In this document: positions 27,794 through 37,732 of the stretch, piece after piece
Layout of the letters: every line of letters starts with the position of its first letter
Position numbering within the stretch: the stretch's first letter is position 1
Virus record (IMG/VR): IMGVR_UViG_3300031413_000005
Location: 1 to 64,000 of that record
DNA length: 64,000 bases
Reading direction: 5' to 3' (one strand)
Origin: a virus
Made by a program: the position numbers and the translations under genes
Notes under the pieces: model-generated
Told to the model about the DNA's origin: nothing
What the model saw: only the letters and a program-made list of their open reading frames with translations
Databases searched by the model: none

Positions 27794-29793
27794 TGGCAGG
27801 CCAGGCATTCGGGCTCTGCATCGTAGAGCGGGCCGGATGCGAAGGTCGGCTCGGGCATGTCACCGGGCGCATGGCCCATCGTCGGTGCCTGGGCGATCGA
27901 CTTCGAGCGCAGGTAGTAAAGGCTCTTGAGCCCCATCTCCCACGCAAGGACGTGCAGGGCTTCGAGATCCTTCTTGTGGACGTCGGCCGGGATGAACAGG
28001 TTCGTCGACTGGGCCTGGCAGACGTAAGCCGTCCGGTCCTTCGAGTGACGGAGCAACCATCGCTGATCCATCTCGAACGCGGTCTTGTAGCAAGCCTTCT
28101 CCATGCTCGTCAGGAACGGCAGGGTCTGGACCGAACCACCGTGCGCGACGATCGTCTGGATGATGCCCTGGATCCAGTCTTCCTTACCCATGTTCTGTGC
28201 GCCGCTGGTGATGCCAGTCTCTCGCAGGAGGGCGAACAGGACAGACGTGCCGTTGTCGGCCAGCTCGTCGTAGCGCTTCTCCAGCAACGCGCGGAGGTGA
28301 CGGTTGATGCGCGTCGTCGTGCCGGTCAGCGTCTTCTGGTTGAACACGTTGCCAACGTCAGGCTCGCCACAGGCCGAGACCTCGCCGCAGATGACCGAGA
28401 TCGACGCGGTGGGAGCGATTGCGAACTTGTGCGTGAAGCGATCCTCCATGCCGCATTCGAGCGCGTCGAGGCACGGACCACGCTCGCGGCCCAGCTCGAT
28501 GCTGATGACGTCCGCGGTCTCGCGCAGCCACTTCCAGGTGCGCACGTTGATGCCCGCAGCCTGCTCGCTCTCGAATGGGATGCCGAGCATCTGGAGCATG
28601 CTGGCAAAGCCCATCATGCCGACACCAACCGAGCGCTCGCGACGTGCGCTGTAGACGGCGCGCTCGAAGCCTTTGACGCCGTCGGCGATGTCGATGAAGT
28701 TTTCCATGACGTTGTCGACGAACCGGAAGACGTCGCGCAGGAAGTCCTCGTCACCGAACCACTCGTGGCCCTTCTCCATGTTGAGCGACGACAGGCAGCA
28801 GACGGCGGTGCGCTCGTTGCCCAGGTGGTCGGGGCCGGTGGTCTCGACGATCTCGCTGCACAGGTTCGAGGTGCTGACCATCAGGCCGAGCTTCTTGTAG
28901 GTCTCGGGACGGCCGCGCTCGACTGCGTCCGAGAAGACGATGTAGGGCTCGCCCTCCTCAAGGCGCTTGATGAGCAGCTTGCGCCACAAAGTCTTGGCGT
29001 CGACCGTCTCACGGACAGAGCCGTCCTTCGGGCTCAGCAGCGCCCAGTCTTCACCGTTCTTGCGCGCTTCCATGAACGCATCGCTGACCATCAGGCCGTG
29101 ATGCAGGTTCGGCGCGCGGCGCATGTGGTCGCCCTTCTTGTCGCGGAGCTCGATGAACTCCTCGATCTCGGGGTGACGGTCGTCGAGATATGCAGCGGCC
29201 GAACCGCGACGCAGCGAGCCCTGGCTGATTGCGAGGGTCTGTGCGCCCATCCAGTGCAGGAAGGGGATGATGCCGCTGGTCTCGCCGAGCGGTTCGCCGG
29301 TTGCTTCGTCGGTGCCAATCGTCTCGCCGACAGCTCGCACAGGCGACCACGACGTACCGATGCCACCACCGCGGCAGGCCAGCCAGATGTTCTCGTTCAC
29401 GGTCTCCGCGATCGAATCCATGTTGTCCTGGACGGTGTTCAGGAAGCAGCTGATCGGCATGCCGCGCTTGGTGCCGCTGTTCGACAGCACGGGCGTCGCC
29501 GGCATGAACCACAGGTTGGAGATGGCGTCGTAGATGCGCTGCGCGTGGCCGTTGTCGAGGCCGTGAACGATCTCGTCCGAGTTCGAGCACGCGACGCGAG
29601 CCAACAGCTGCTGAATGCTCTCGCCTGGGAGCAGGTAGCGGTCGCGCAGGGTTTCCTGACCGAACGGGGTGATCTTGTCGTCGCGCGCGTCGTCGATCTG
29701 GATCGTGACGGTCCGACTGCGACGATCGCAGAAGTACGTGTGCGGTCGCGTTGTCGCGGCCGGGGATGGCTGTGCCATCTCGGTCATGGGCAT
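27790..29793 (-). CDS. nrdA: ribonucleotide reductase class I alpha subunit (no ATP cone)
   Basis: PATPVL, SCF, NLCSE, APTAS, KSLYY, C-terminal CLAC. Confidence 0.95.
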   Translation of the reverse strand: MPMTEMAQPSPAATTRPHTYFCDRRSRTVTIQIDDARDDKITPFGQETLRDRYLLPGESIQQLLARVACSNSDEIVHGLDNGHAQRIYDAISNLWFMPATPVLSNSGTKRGMPISCFLNTVQDNMDSIAETVNENIWLACRGGGIGTSWSPVRAVGETIGTDEATGEPLGETSGIIPFLHWMGAQTLAISQGSLRRGSAAAYLDDRHPEIEEFIELRDKKGDHMRRAPNLHHGLMVSDAFMEARKNGEDWALLSPKDGSVRETVDAKTLWRKLLIKRLEEGEPYIVFSDAVERGRPETYKKLGLMVSTSNLCSEIVETTGPDHLGNERTAVCCLSSLNMEKGHEWFGDEDFLRDVFRFVDNVMENFIDIADGVKGFERAVYSARRERSVGVGMMGFASMLQMLGIPFESEQAAGINVRTWKWLRETADVISIELGRERGPCLDALECGMEDRFTHKFAIAPTASISVICGEVSACGEPDVGNVFNQKTLTGTTTRINRHLRALLEKRYDELADNGTSVLFALLRETGITSGAQNMGKEDWIQGIIQTIVAHGGSVQTLPFLTSMEKACYKTAFEMDQRWLLRHSKDRTAYVCQAQSTNLFIPADVHKKDLEALHVLAWEMGLKSLYYLRSKSIAQAPTMGHAPGDMPEPTFASGPLYDAEPECLACQ

Positions 29794-29859
29794 TCCTTCT
29801 AGGGGTTGTGGGTCGGGGCAGATCTTACCCCGACCGCATGTGTGTTGTCTACTATGCAG

Positions 29860-30462
29860 CTACGCCAAAGACAACATCATTCCTGCGAGCTGCCGAAATT
29901 GCTCGGACTTGATTGCTGCGTGCGTGACCGCGACCGCGTCGGCCTGGTGCTCGACACCAAGGACGATGTATTCGCCGTTGGGCTGGACGATGCCCCAGTC
30001 GTTGGCTTTCTTGCCGGTCTGCCACTCGATCGGGCTGTCGGCGGTGTTCGCGAGCACCCAACGCACGATGTCTTCCTTGTCCGCGGTCTTCGTGCCGTGG
30101 GTAGCCAACTTGGTCTCGCTAGGCATAACCTCGATGAGGGGGATCTTCAGCGATGCGAGGATGCCGACTGCGATACCGAACGACAGGGCGGCGCGGGCTG
30201 ACTGCGCACCGGAGGGTATCTCGCTGGCGCCGAACCGAATGTCGTGCTTGGCGATGACGTCGTTGATGGTGTTGACGATCGAGCGCGCGCGAAACAGGTC
30301 GTCGCTGTTACGCCGCACTTGCTTGGTCTTTTCAGGGGCAGTTATCACCGTGCCCCATTCGAGCACCTTGACGATGCGACGGTTGACGATGTCGATTTCA
30401 GATACGGCCCAGCCGGTGTGTGTAAGGCTCGGGTCCAGCCCGAGCATAGTGATGGTTTTCAT
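29860..30462 (-). CDS. ruvC: RuvC-like Holliday junction resolvase
   Basis: LGLDPS..TGW, SEIP, P...K, HQADA. Confidence 0.85.
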   Translation of the reverse strand: MKTITMLGLDPSLTHTGWAVSEIDIVNRRIVKVLEWGTVITAPEKTKQVRRNSDDLFRARSIVNTINDVIAKHDIRFGASEIPSGAQSARAALSFGIAVGILASLKIPLIEVMPSETKLATHGTKTADKEDIVRWVLANTADSPIEWQTGKKANDWGIVQPNGEYIVLGVEHQADAVAVTHAAIKSEQFRQLAGMMLSLA

Positions 30463-31088
30463 GCGTGTGTTGTCGAGCATGCACGTTCGACATGACTCGA
30501 CCCTTTCTTTAGGTTGTCCTGCCACCAGAGCGGTTGCAGGTTGGTGTAATGACAGGCTTGCAGGAATTGCTCGCGGTCGGTGAGGTCGAAGCTGGCGAGA
30601 GGCTTGATGTGGTCGATGTGCCAACCGTATAGACCGCGGTTGTCCCAGGTCATGCCGGGCGTGAACAGTGCTTCAAGATATGCCATCAACTCTGGCACCG
30701 AACATCCTAGATCAGCTATCGCTGACCCTACCTTCTGTTGCCCCCTAATAGCATAAGACATGCGGGCTCTTATTGTGTCGCGTAAACGCCGTTGAGGGTC
30801 GTCCCTTCTGGCTCTACGGTCTCGCTCGATTTGAGCGGCTATCAGTTCATCCTTGTTTTTAAGGTAGTAGCTCCTGGCGTAATTGGCTTTCTTTGTTTTA
30901 TCTCGCGATCGGTCCAAAGCTCGACGCCTATCAGGGTTGTCCCTGCGCCATTTAACTGCGGCATCTCTATCTTCACGACGTCGTCGCTCAAGATGTTTGT
31001 TGCGTGATCTGCGCCCCTTTTCACGACGCTTTTCTATCCTCGCCTGCTCCTCAATCGGCAGGTGCGAGATGTCGCGCTTCGCTGGCAT
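30459..31088 (-). CDS. HNH (homing) endonuclease
   Basis: WHIDHIKPL...HYTNLQPLW..DN; Arg-rich N-terminus; lower GC than flanks. Confidence 0.85.
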   Translation of the reverse strand: MPAKRDISHLPIEEQARIEKRREKGRRSRNKHLERRRREDRDAAVKWRRDNPDRRRALDRSRDKTKKANYARSYYLKNKDELIAAQIERDRRARRDDPQRRLRDTIRARMSYAIRGQQKVGSAIADLGCSVPELMAYLEALFTPGMTWDNRGLYGWHIDHIKPLASFDLTDREQFLQACHYTNLQPLWWQDNLKKGSSHVERACSTTHA

Positions 31089-31223
31089 CCGGGGTTTTCC
31101 GTGTGTTATTCGCCGGTCGTCGGCAGGGTTGTTGTCGGCCCATGATCGTCGGGGCCATGCAGACGTCCGAGCAGTGACAGCCCGGTGGTGCGTGTGCGGT
31201 TGGCTCGCGCAGCAGGCGCCGCA

Positions 31224-32018
31224 TCAGAACTGCCCGAAGCCCGGCAGAGCTTCCTCGAATGCGTGATGCGCATTCTTGGCACCCTCGGCGAACGCGCGCT
31301 CGAACCCCGTCGTCAGGATCTTGTGCATGCTCGGGTTGGCGTTGATCGTGGCCTTCAGGCGATTGTTCACCTCCTGGACCAGCTTGCCGGATGCCTGGAG
31401 GCGGGCGTCGAAGTCGTCAGCCAGGTCGCCGAACGCGTTGACCACGTCGTCGAACTCCAGCTCGATCCACGCCGGGTTGTCCTTGTCTGCGACGGGCTCT
31501 GCGGTGGGCTTGAAGCAGAACAGAAGCCCGGCCTTCTTGCCCATCGTGATCTTGTCGACGTTGAACTGCGCGCCGGCCTTGATGGAGATCTTGCGGTAGC
31601 CATTCTTCTCGGTGACGAAGCCCTGCACCAGCTGGGGCAGGGTGACCGTGAACGGCCCGTTGATACCGGCTTCACCGAACACGCGGGCAACGGTCAGCAG
31701 GTCTCGCATGAAACTGCTCTGCGACGCCTGCGCGATCTGCGCCTCGGTCGGTGGTGGTGGGGGAGGGGCCTTAGCCATTTCGTCCTTTGCTTTCATCTTG
31801 AGTGCGCACGCCTGACAGTTGAAGGCGTACTTGTCGGAATTGCTGATGCTCGAATTGCAGTTCAGGCAGGTGGTGTAATAGTGGCCTTCGCAACAGCCAT
31901 ACTTTCGAAGGTCTTCGACCAGCCCGGTGCCCTTGCAGAGGAAGCAATCGGGCCGGTCCGCGTCCACGTCCTTGCAGATGCGACACGGCTTGAGGTGGTC
32001 GAAGTCCTCGTGATTCAC
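31224..32018 (-). CDS. Zn-finger protein with C-terminal PGFGQF motif
   Basis: Four CxxC pairs at N-terminus, poly-Pro linker, ends EEALPGFGQF. Confidence 0.7.
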   Translation of the reverse strand: MNHEDFDHLKPCRICKDVDADRPDCFLCKGTGLVEDLRKYGCCEGHYYTTCLNCNSSISNSDKYAFNCQACALKMKAKDEMAKAPPPPPPTEAQIAQASQSSFMRDLLTVARVFGEAGINGPFTVTLPQLVQGFVTEKNGYRKISIKAGAQFNVDKITMGKKAGLLFCFKPTAEPVADKDNPAWIELEFDDVVNAFGDLADDFDARLQASGKLVQEVNNRLKATINANPSMHKILTTGFERAFAEGAKNAHHAFEEALPGFGQF

Positions 32019-34015
32019 GCCGTCCGCACCGTGCTGACGTTGTTCTTCTTCGTGACGATCATCGTGTTGCGGCAGTAGGCGCCGATGTCGTTGTGGCTGA
32101 TGACCATGACGGTGCCGCGGTCGCGCGCCTTCTCCTCGAGCACGCCCATGAGGCGCTCGAGCCCGGCGTCGTCGAGCGCGTCGTCGATCTCGTCACCGAC
32201 GAACAGTTCGAGGGACTTGGTCGCGCGGCTGGCGACAAGATCCTGGAGCGCGAGGAAGCAGGACAGACGCACCTTGCGCTTCTCGCCGCCCGACAGGTTC
32301 TTGAACGACGGTGCGGAGCCTTGCTTCTCGACGGCGATCGAGAACCGCTCTTGTAGATCCTTGCCGCTCTTGGAGAGGGTGAGGGTGGTCCAATAGGCTT
32401 CGATGATGCCGTCGGTCAGCGAGCCCAGATAATGCGCGGTGCGTTCGTTGAGGAACGGGGTCGCTTCATCGAGACGATGCGCGCGGACGCCGGCAGGCGC
32501 GAAGACATCGACGACGGCGCTGGCATAGCTCACCGCGACATCGGCTTCCTTCACGGCTTCGAGCGCCTCCTTTTGAGCGGCCGCAAACTTTACGAGCTCC
32601 GCGTCGAGCTGGGTCAGCATGTCGACGTAAGGGTTGGTCTCGGCGCCGATGCGCTTGAAGTCCTCGTTGAGCTGGCGAGCGGCGACGATCATGCGCTCGA
32701 CCTCGCGATGCTTGTGCTGCACGAGCTGGAGCTCGCGCTGGAGCGAGGCGAGCCGGTCATTCTCCATCGAGATGTCCGTCATCGACGTGCGGTGATCGGT
32801 GAGGGCCTTCTCAGCTGCGGTGAGGAGCTTGTCGACCTGCGGGACTTTCTTGGCCGTCGCGTCGCGCGCGACAACCGCCTCTGCGTGCGCCGTCTCTGCC
32901 TGCGTCACGGCATTCTTTGCCACTTCGACCTTTGCCACTGCGTTCGCGATCGCGGTGTTCAGGTGGGCAGCTTCGAGCGGTCGACCGCAATCGTCGCACG
33001 GACGTCCGACGCCGGCCTTCACCTGCTCGACGTAGCGCTCGGCCGAGGTGACCTGAGCCTTCGCGTTGTCGATCATGCGGAGCCGCATCACGACCGTCGA
33101 CTCCTGACCGGCGAGGGCTTGGGCAACGGAGCTCTTTGCCGCGACCACACGCTGCACGTCCCCGGCCAGCTCACGCTCGCGCACCTGCTCACCAGCGACG
33201 GCGTTGATCGCGCTGCGTGCTGCTCCCATCGCGGTTTCGATCCCGGCGATCTCGTTCGGGTCGAGCTTCTTGTTCTCGGCCGCTGCGTTGGTGGCTGCGT
33301 CGATCGCCGCCTGACGTGCGTTCGCGATGCGCGGAACCTGCTCGTCATCCCAGGCTTCGCGGGAGACGGTCTGTCGAGCGATATGGTCGCGTGTCTGCGC
33401 GTGACGGTCGGTCGCGCGGTCGAGCGTCATTTGCGCGTCAGCGCGCTTGAGAGACGCGTCCCGCATGCGCTCGCGTGCGGTCTCGTATGCTCGCGCGAGC
33501 ACGTCGACCCCGGCAGCTTGCTCCACCAGCGTCTTGAGGTTCTTGTCCGTCATGCCGGGCAGGTCTGGCATTGCCTCCTGGCCTGCATACACCGCGGCGT
33601 TGAACACCTCCTCCGAGCAGCCCAGGATCTTCTCGATCAGCTTCTGGGTCTCGGGCGTGGTGCCCTTGGTGATCTCGTTGCCATTGGCGAACACCTGGAG
33701 GGCGTTCTTCAGCTTGGGGAACTTGCGGTGACGGATGATCTCGTAGACGTCCGCGCCGTCAAACAGCTTCCATGCGACCCTCGTGCCCTTGCCGAGCGAG
33801 GTGTTGACGACGTCGTCGCCGCTCACGTCGCGTGCGGTCGTGCCCCACAGACACCATGCGAGCGCGTCACCGATCGAGCTCTTGCCCGCACCGTTTGAGT
33901 CAGCGGCGGTCTCGTCGCTTTCACCGGAGATGTGGACCAGGCCGCGCCCGTCGAGGTTTACCTTGGCGTGACCGATGGTCAGGAACGCGTCGATCTCGCC
34001 GTCACCGAACCGCAT
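32015..34015 (-). CDS. sbcC: SbcC/Rad50-like ATPase
   Basis: SNGAGKS, coiled coil, CDDC hook, LSGGE, DE.DD. Confidence 0.9.
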   Translation of the reverse strand: MRFGDGEIDAFLTIGHAKVNLDGRGLVHISGESDETAADSNGAGKSSIGDALAWCLWGTTARDVSGDDVVNTSLGKGTRVAWKLFDGADVYEIIRHRKFPKLKNALQVFANGNEITKGTTPETQKLIEKILGCSEEVFNAAVYAGQEAMPDLPGMTDKNLKTLVEQAAGVDVLARAYETARERMRDASLKRADAQMTLDRATDRHAQTRDHIARQTVSREAWDDEQVPRIANARQAAIDAATNAAAENKKLDPNEIAGIETAMGAARSAINAVAGEQVRERELAGDVQRVVAAKSSVAQALAGQESTVVMRLRMIDNAKAQVTSAERYVEQVKAGVGRPCDDCGRPLEAAHLNTAIANAVAKVEVAKNAVTQAETAHAEAVVARDATAKKVPQVDKLLTAAEKALTDHRTSMTDISMENDRLASLQRELQLVQHKHREVERMIVAARQLNEDFKRIGAETNPYVDMLTQLDAELVKFAAAQKEALEAVKEADVAVSYASAVVDVFAPAGVRAHRLDEATPFLNERTAHYLGSLTDGIIEAYWTTLTLSKSGKDLQERFSIAVEKQGSAPSFKNLSGGEKRKVRLSCFLALQDLVASRATKSLELFVGDEIDDALDDAGLERLMGVLEEKARDRGTVMVISHNDIGAYCRNTMIVTKKNNVSTVRTA

Positions 34016-34187
34016 GCTTAATCTCCTTGATGTCTTTGTGGGTCGCGAACAGCATGGCGACCGCGAGGCAGGTGAAGACCAGCCACATGAGGTGGTCTTC
34101 CAATTCGAATGAGAGCCACGCGAGATAGACATTCGCGAACGCGAACAGGATCTCGAGCACGGCCCAGAACAGGTGCCGACCGATCAT
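34002..34187 (-). CDS. small membrane protein
   Basis: Two TM segments, coupled. Confidence 0.55.
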   Translation of the reverse strand: MIGRHLFWAVLEILFAFANVYLAWLSFELEDHLMWLVFTCLAVAMLFATHKDIKEIKHAVR

Positions 34188-35233
34188 GCGGTGATGGTCT
34201 CGCGCAGCACGTCGAGCGCCATGGTGGCGACGCGGTCGCGGTCGAGCGTGGTGTTGAGGTGATCGCGTGCATAGGACGTGATCGCGGCTTCGAGCGTCGT
34301 GTTGGGGGCGACGTTGGTCGCACCGCGCACGGTCGGGCGTTTCTTCGACGAGTGGTCGACGAGGCCGATCGCGCCAGCATTCTCGAGCGACGATCGCGTG
34401 GCCTTGATGACCGCTTCCTCTGCGTCCTGAAGGCGCATGCGCACGTAATTGCCGAAGATGCCCGGCATGGTTGCGTCGGGGACGGTGACACCGTGGTCGA
34501 GGTTAACGAACTTGGGCGCGTTGCTCTCGACGAACTCGGTCTTGTTCGCATCCTCCAGCATGATGAAGCCCGCCTTGGTGCCGGGGTCGCTCCACGTCTG
34601 CATGCTGCTTGCGCCGATCGAGAATACGCCGTGCGAGAAGTTGACATGGTTGTGATAGTGGCCGGCGAGCACGCGGTTGTAGCCGAGAGCGATCAGCTCG
34701 TCGGCTTCGAGACCGTGGTCTGGAATGCCCTTGATGACGCCGTTGACCGGTGCGTGAATGATGAGGTCGAGGTGCGGGCTCGCGTTGACCTTCATGACCT
34801 TGCGCAGCTCGTCCAGATCCTGGATCCACGGCAACAGGAACACGCCGTCCTTGATCGTCGGTTCGGTGATCGCGGTGAAGCCTGGGATCTCGTCGAGCGC
34901 CTGCATCGAGTTGCCCAGCTTGTTCGCGACGATGTCTTCGAGGTCGTGGTTGCCGGCGATCGCGTCGACTTCGAGGCCCATCGCGCTGATCGCCTTGAAG
35001 GTCGCGATCGTGGGGTTGAGCACCGACGGCTCGATCTTGCCGCGGACGTGAAAGAGGTCGCCGCCCAGGATCATGCGCTTCCAGCCGCGCTTCTTCGTCA
35101 TCTCGGCCTGGCGCAGCAGCTCATCGAGGATGATGCGGAGACGGCTGTTCACGCCGTCCTCGTTCACACGCGAGAACTGCGACCATGAATGGCAGTGGTG
35201 GTCTGACGAAAGAGAATAGGGAGGAATCATCAA
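34184..35233 (-). CDS. sbcD: SbcD/Mre11-like metallophosphoesterase nuclease
   Basis: SDHH, GDLFH, GNHD, GHYH. Confidence 0.9.
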   Translation of the reverse strand: MMIPPYSLSSDHHCHSWSQFSRVNEDGVNSRLRIILDELLRQAEMTKKRGWKRMILGGDLFHVRGKIEPSVLNPTIATFKAISAMGLEVDAIAGNHDLEDIVANKLGNSMQALDEIPGFTAITEPTIKDGVFLLPWIQDLDELRKVMKVNASPHLDLIIHAPVNGVIKGIPDHGLEADELIALGYNRVLAGHYHNHVNFSHGVFSIGASSMQTWSDPGTKAGFIMLEDANKTEFVESNAPKFVNLDHGVTVPDATMPGIFGNYVRMRLQDAEEAVIKATRSSLENAGAIGLVDHSSKKRPTVRGATNVAPNTTLEAAITSYARDHLNTTLDRDRVATMALDVLRETITA

Positions 35234-35263
35234 CGCTCCTGACGTGTGCGTGTGTGTTGTTGA

Positions 35264-35722
35264 CTATGCAATATCGCGCACCTTGCGCTTGCGCAAGGGC
35301 GGCGTGAGATGCCGGTGATGGAAACGACCGTAGGGCAAGATCCTGATCGCTCGACCGCGGTAATTGGCGCGGGTGCGGGTAAGGTTCGGATCGAAGAACT
35401 CGGCGATCGGCACGACCGAAAGGCGGGCGAGCTCCTCCACGACGATCGCGACGACTTTGCACTCTGCCTTGATCGCGCGCTGGAGCACGACGTTGTCGAC
35501 GCCGAGTCCTGCGGTGCCCATCTGAAGCGCCTCGTCGATGCTCTTTGCACCACCGCGCCAGATGTCTTTGCCCTTGGTCTCGATGATAAGCATCTTCACG
35601 CCGGGATCTTCGAGGTCGAGCGGATTGAGCTTGGTGATGACCTTGCCCTTCACGCCCGGCGCCGCGACGATCTCAGCTTCCCGTCGAGCCGCTTTCAGCA
35701 GGGGACGGAGCAGCTTGTTCAT
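35264..35722 (-). CDS. hypothetical phage protein
   Basis: ATG 35722. Confidence 0.6.
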   Translation of the reverse strand: MNKLLRPLLKAARREAEIVAAPGVKGKVITKLNPLDLEDPGVKMLIIETKGKDIWRGGAKSIDEALQMGTAGLGVDNVVLQRAIKAECKVVAIVVEELARLSVVPIAEFFDPNLTRTRANYRGRAIRILPYGRFHHRHLTPPLRKRKVRDIA

Positions 35723-36227
35723 GCTCGCGGAGAAGGTAGATGGCCGTGAGCTTGGACTGCGGGTTGATGATGCGCGGGCCATAGTTTCTCCGAAGCCAGG
35801 TGGCGAGTTCGCGGGCAGCGTCTGCGATCAGCGTGCCCAGCATGAGGTGATTGGCGTGCGCATGGTCGCGAAGAATGCGGCCGATGCCACCACCGTCGAC
35901 GTGAATGACGCGGGAGTATCCGAAGACGGTCTCGGTCTTGGTGTTGTAGAGGCCGACCCGGTCACCGACGCGCAAGCGATCGACCCATGCCGACCCCACG
36001 CGGAAGGTGTTCGCGAGATGGGACAGGCCCGTCTCGTCCTGGAACGACAAAGCCGGCACCGTGACATTGCACGAGGCCGGCTGCTGCGCGAACGCGGCGC
36101 AACTCGATTGGAGGGCACAATACTCGCATGGCGAGTGCTGCGATCCGGCCGACCACGAGAGGTCAGGCATGCGACGCAGTGGTCGCGTGTTCGTGTTGAT
36201 ACCGGTCAAGATTGGTTCTGCGATCAT
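35673..36227 (-). CDS. hypothetical phage protein
   Basis: CEYC..C cluster; NTFR.G..W, HA..NH motifs. Confidence 0.65.
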   Translation of the reverse strand: MIAEPILTGINTNTRPLRRMPDLSWSAGSQHSPCEYCALQSSCAAFAQQPASCNVTVPALSFQDETGLSHLANTFRVGSAWVDRLRVGDRVGLYNTKTETVFGYSRVIHVDGGGIGRILRDHAHANHLMLGTLIADAARELATWLRRNYGPRIINPQSKLTAIYLLREHEQAAPSPAESGSTGS

Positions 36228-36237
36228 GTGACGCTTT

Positions 36238-36283
36238 TACCGTCGAGCGAGCACCGAAGCTCTTGGCGCTTTGCTCGACGGTA
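36238..36283. other. long intergenic hairpin
   Basis: TACCGTCGAGC ... GCTCGACGGTA. Confidence 0.6.
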
Positions 36284-36290
36284 TCGGCTT

Positions 36291-36632
36291 TTACAGGTTG
36301 ATCTTGTTCGCGGCGACGACCGCCTTGAGAGGTGCGACCGTGTCAGGCGCGTACCGCTCGGCGTAAGCGACCATCCCGCGTATGGCCTGGAGAGCTACGC
36401 GACGACGATCGACCTCCTCGGTGATGACGTCCTGTAATTCCTGAACGCGGGCGACGAGGCGGGTACGCTCGCTGTTGCTGAACACCGCGACGCGCGCGGC
36501 GACGCTGTCAGCGAACTCATCGACCATGAAGTCCTCACCGACGCCCAGCTCGATCAGGCATGCGGCCACGGTTTCCCGCGCCTTCTTGGAAGGACGCGGG
36601 TTGCGCAGGCGGTAGAGCAGCTTGGCGATCAT
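36291..36632 (-). CDS. hypothetical protein
   Basis: ATGA-coupled to recA. Confidence 0.6.
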   Translation of the reverse strand: MIAKLLYRLRNPRPSKKARETVAACLIELGVGEDFMVDEFADSVAARVAVFSNSERTRLVARVQELQDVITEEVDRRRVALQAIRGMVAYAERYAPDTVAPLKAVVAANKINL

Positions 36633-37732
36633 GCGGCGTCTGCCACGGGAGCGAGAGCGGCGAGGGCGTCAGCGACGGCGTTGTCGTCTTCCTCCTCGAT
36701 CGCACCGACGACCGAACCGTTCTCGGCCAGGTCGAGCAGCACTTCCATGATGTCAGGCACGCCCTGGAGCATCGGGGTGAGCTGGCTCTGGTAATATTTC
36801 TTGCCGCCCCAAACGATATAGGCGCCCGCGGTCTCAAGCTTGCCCTTCGACTTGAGGTGCGTCAGCATCGTGTCGATCGTGTCGATGTAGCCCGTGCCGT
36901 CCTCGTTGAACTTGAACTCAAACGCCGTCTTCATGAAGGGGCGATAGGTCTTGTTCTTGATGCACTCGAGGCGGATCGTCTGGCCGGTGACCTCCTTCGT
37001 GTCCTTCTTGTTGTCCTTGTTCATGGACCGGGCGAGGTAGATCTTGACGGCGTCGTAATAGAACATCGCCTCGCCGCCTGGCGTGTAGCGCGGATCGCCA
37101 TGGAGAACGCCGGGCTTGAGGCGCATCTGGTTGAGGAAGATCGCGAGAATGTTGTTCTCGACGACGAACTGGTTGAACGCCGGGAGCTCCTGCGAGAACG
37201 CGGTTGCGAGCGCCAGCTTGTCGCGCATGTTGAGCGCTTCCCCCGGCTTGCGGGGCTCGAGCTTGGCAGCAGGAACCATTGCGGCTGCGGAGTCGAACAC
37301 GCACACCAGCGGCGCAGAGAAGGGGATGACGTCTGCCTTGCGGATAACGCTCATCCAGTCGATCGCCTGATCGAACGATTCCTCCAGGCTGCGCGGCCGG
37401 CGATAGGTCCACAGGCCCGGCTCGATCGAACCACCGAAGCGATTGAACAGCGACGGGACGAACGTGCGCTCGTGGTCGTGGAATGCGCCGGCGCCGCCTG
37501 CGTTCTGCGCTTCCTTAATGACGTGCTGCGCGAGCAGCGTCTTACCGGCCGACGCCGGGCTTGCGATCTCGACGATGCGCGAGGACTTCAGGCCACCACC
37601 GCGGTACTTGCCGGAGATGGCGTGGTCGACGTTCGGGATGCCCGTCGAGAGATGGAGGCCGTCATCGTGGATCGTGTCCGACGTGACCTTGCCCTTGGAC
37701 AAAGCGCCAGCGAGCTTGTTGGCGAGACTCAT
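36629..37732 (-). CDS. recA: RecA/UvsX-like recombinase
   Basis: STG..NVD, SPASAGKT, DHE, VFDS, NQMR, TPGG, KNK. Confidence 0.93.
   Translation of the reverse strand: MSLANKLAGALSKGKVTSDTIHDDGLHLSTGIPNVDHAISGKYRGGGLKSSRIVEIASPASAGKTLLAQHVIKEAQNAGGAGAFHDHERTFVPSLFNRFGGSIEPGLWTYRRPRSLEESFDQAIDWMSVIRKADVIPFSAPLVCVFDSAAAMVPAAKLEPRKPGEALNMRDKLALATAFSQELPAFNQFVVENNILAIFLNQMRLKPGVLHGDPRYTPGGEAMFYYDAVKIYLARSMNKDNKKDTKEVTGQTIRLECIKNKTYRPFMKTAFEFKFNEDGTGYIDTIDTMLTHLKSKGKLETAGAYIVWGGKKYYQSQLTPMLQGVPDIMEVLLDLAENGSVVGAIEEEDDNAVADALAALAPVADAA

Noticed and set aside
28170-28280. Insertion in NrdA as an intein or intron
   Set aside because: Only about 30 aa, with no C/S...HN splice motifs and the frame intact.
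27871-29802. Long plus-strand ORFs (e.g. 27871-29802, 41317-43077, 59294-61156, 32432-33898)
   Set aside because: Antisense shadows of motif-bearing minus-strand genes in high-GC DNA; no recognisable motifs.
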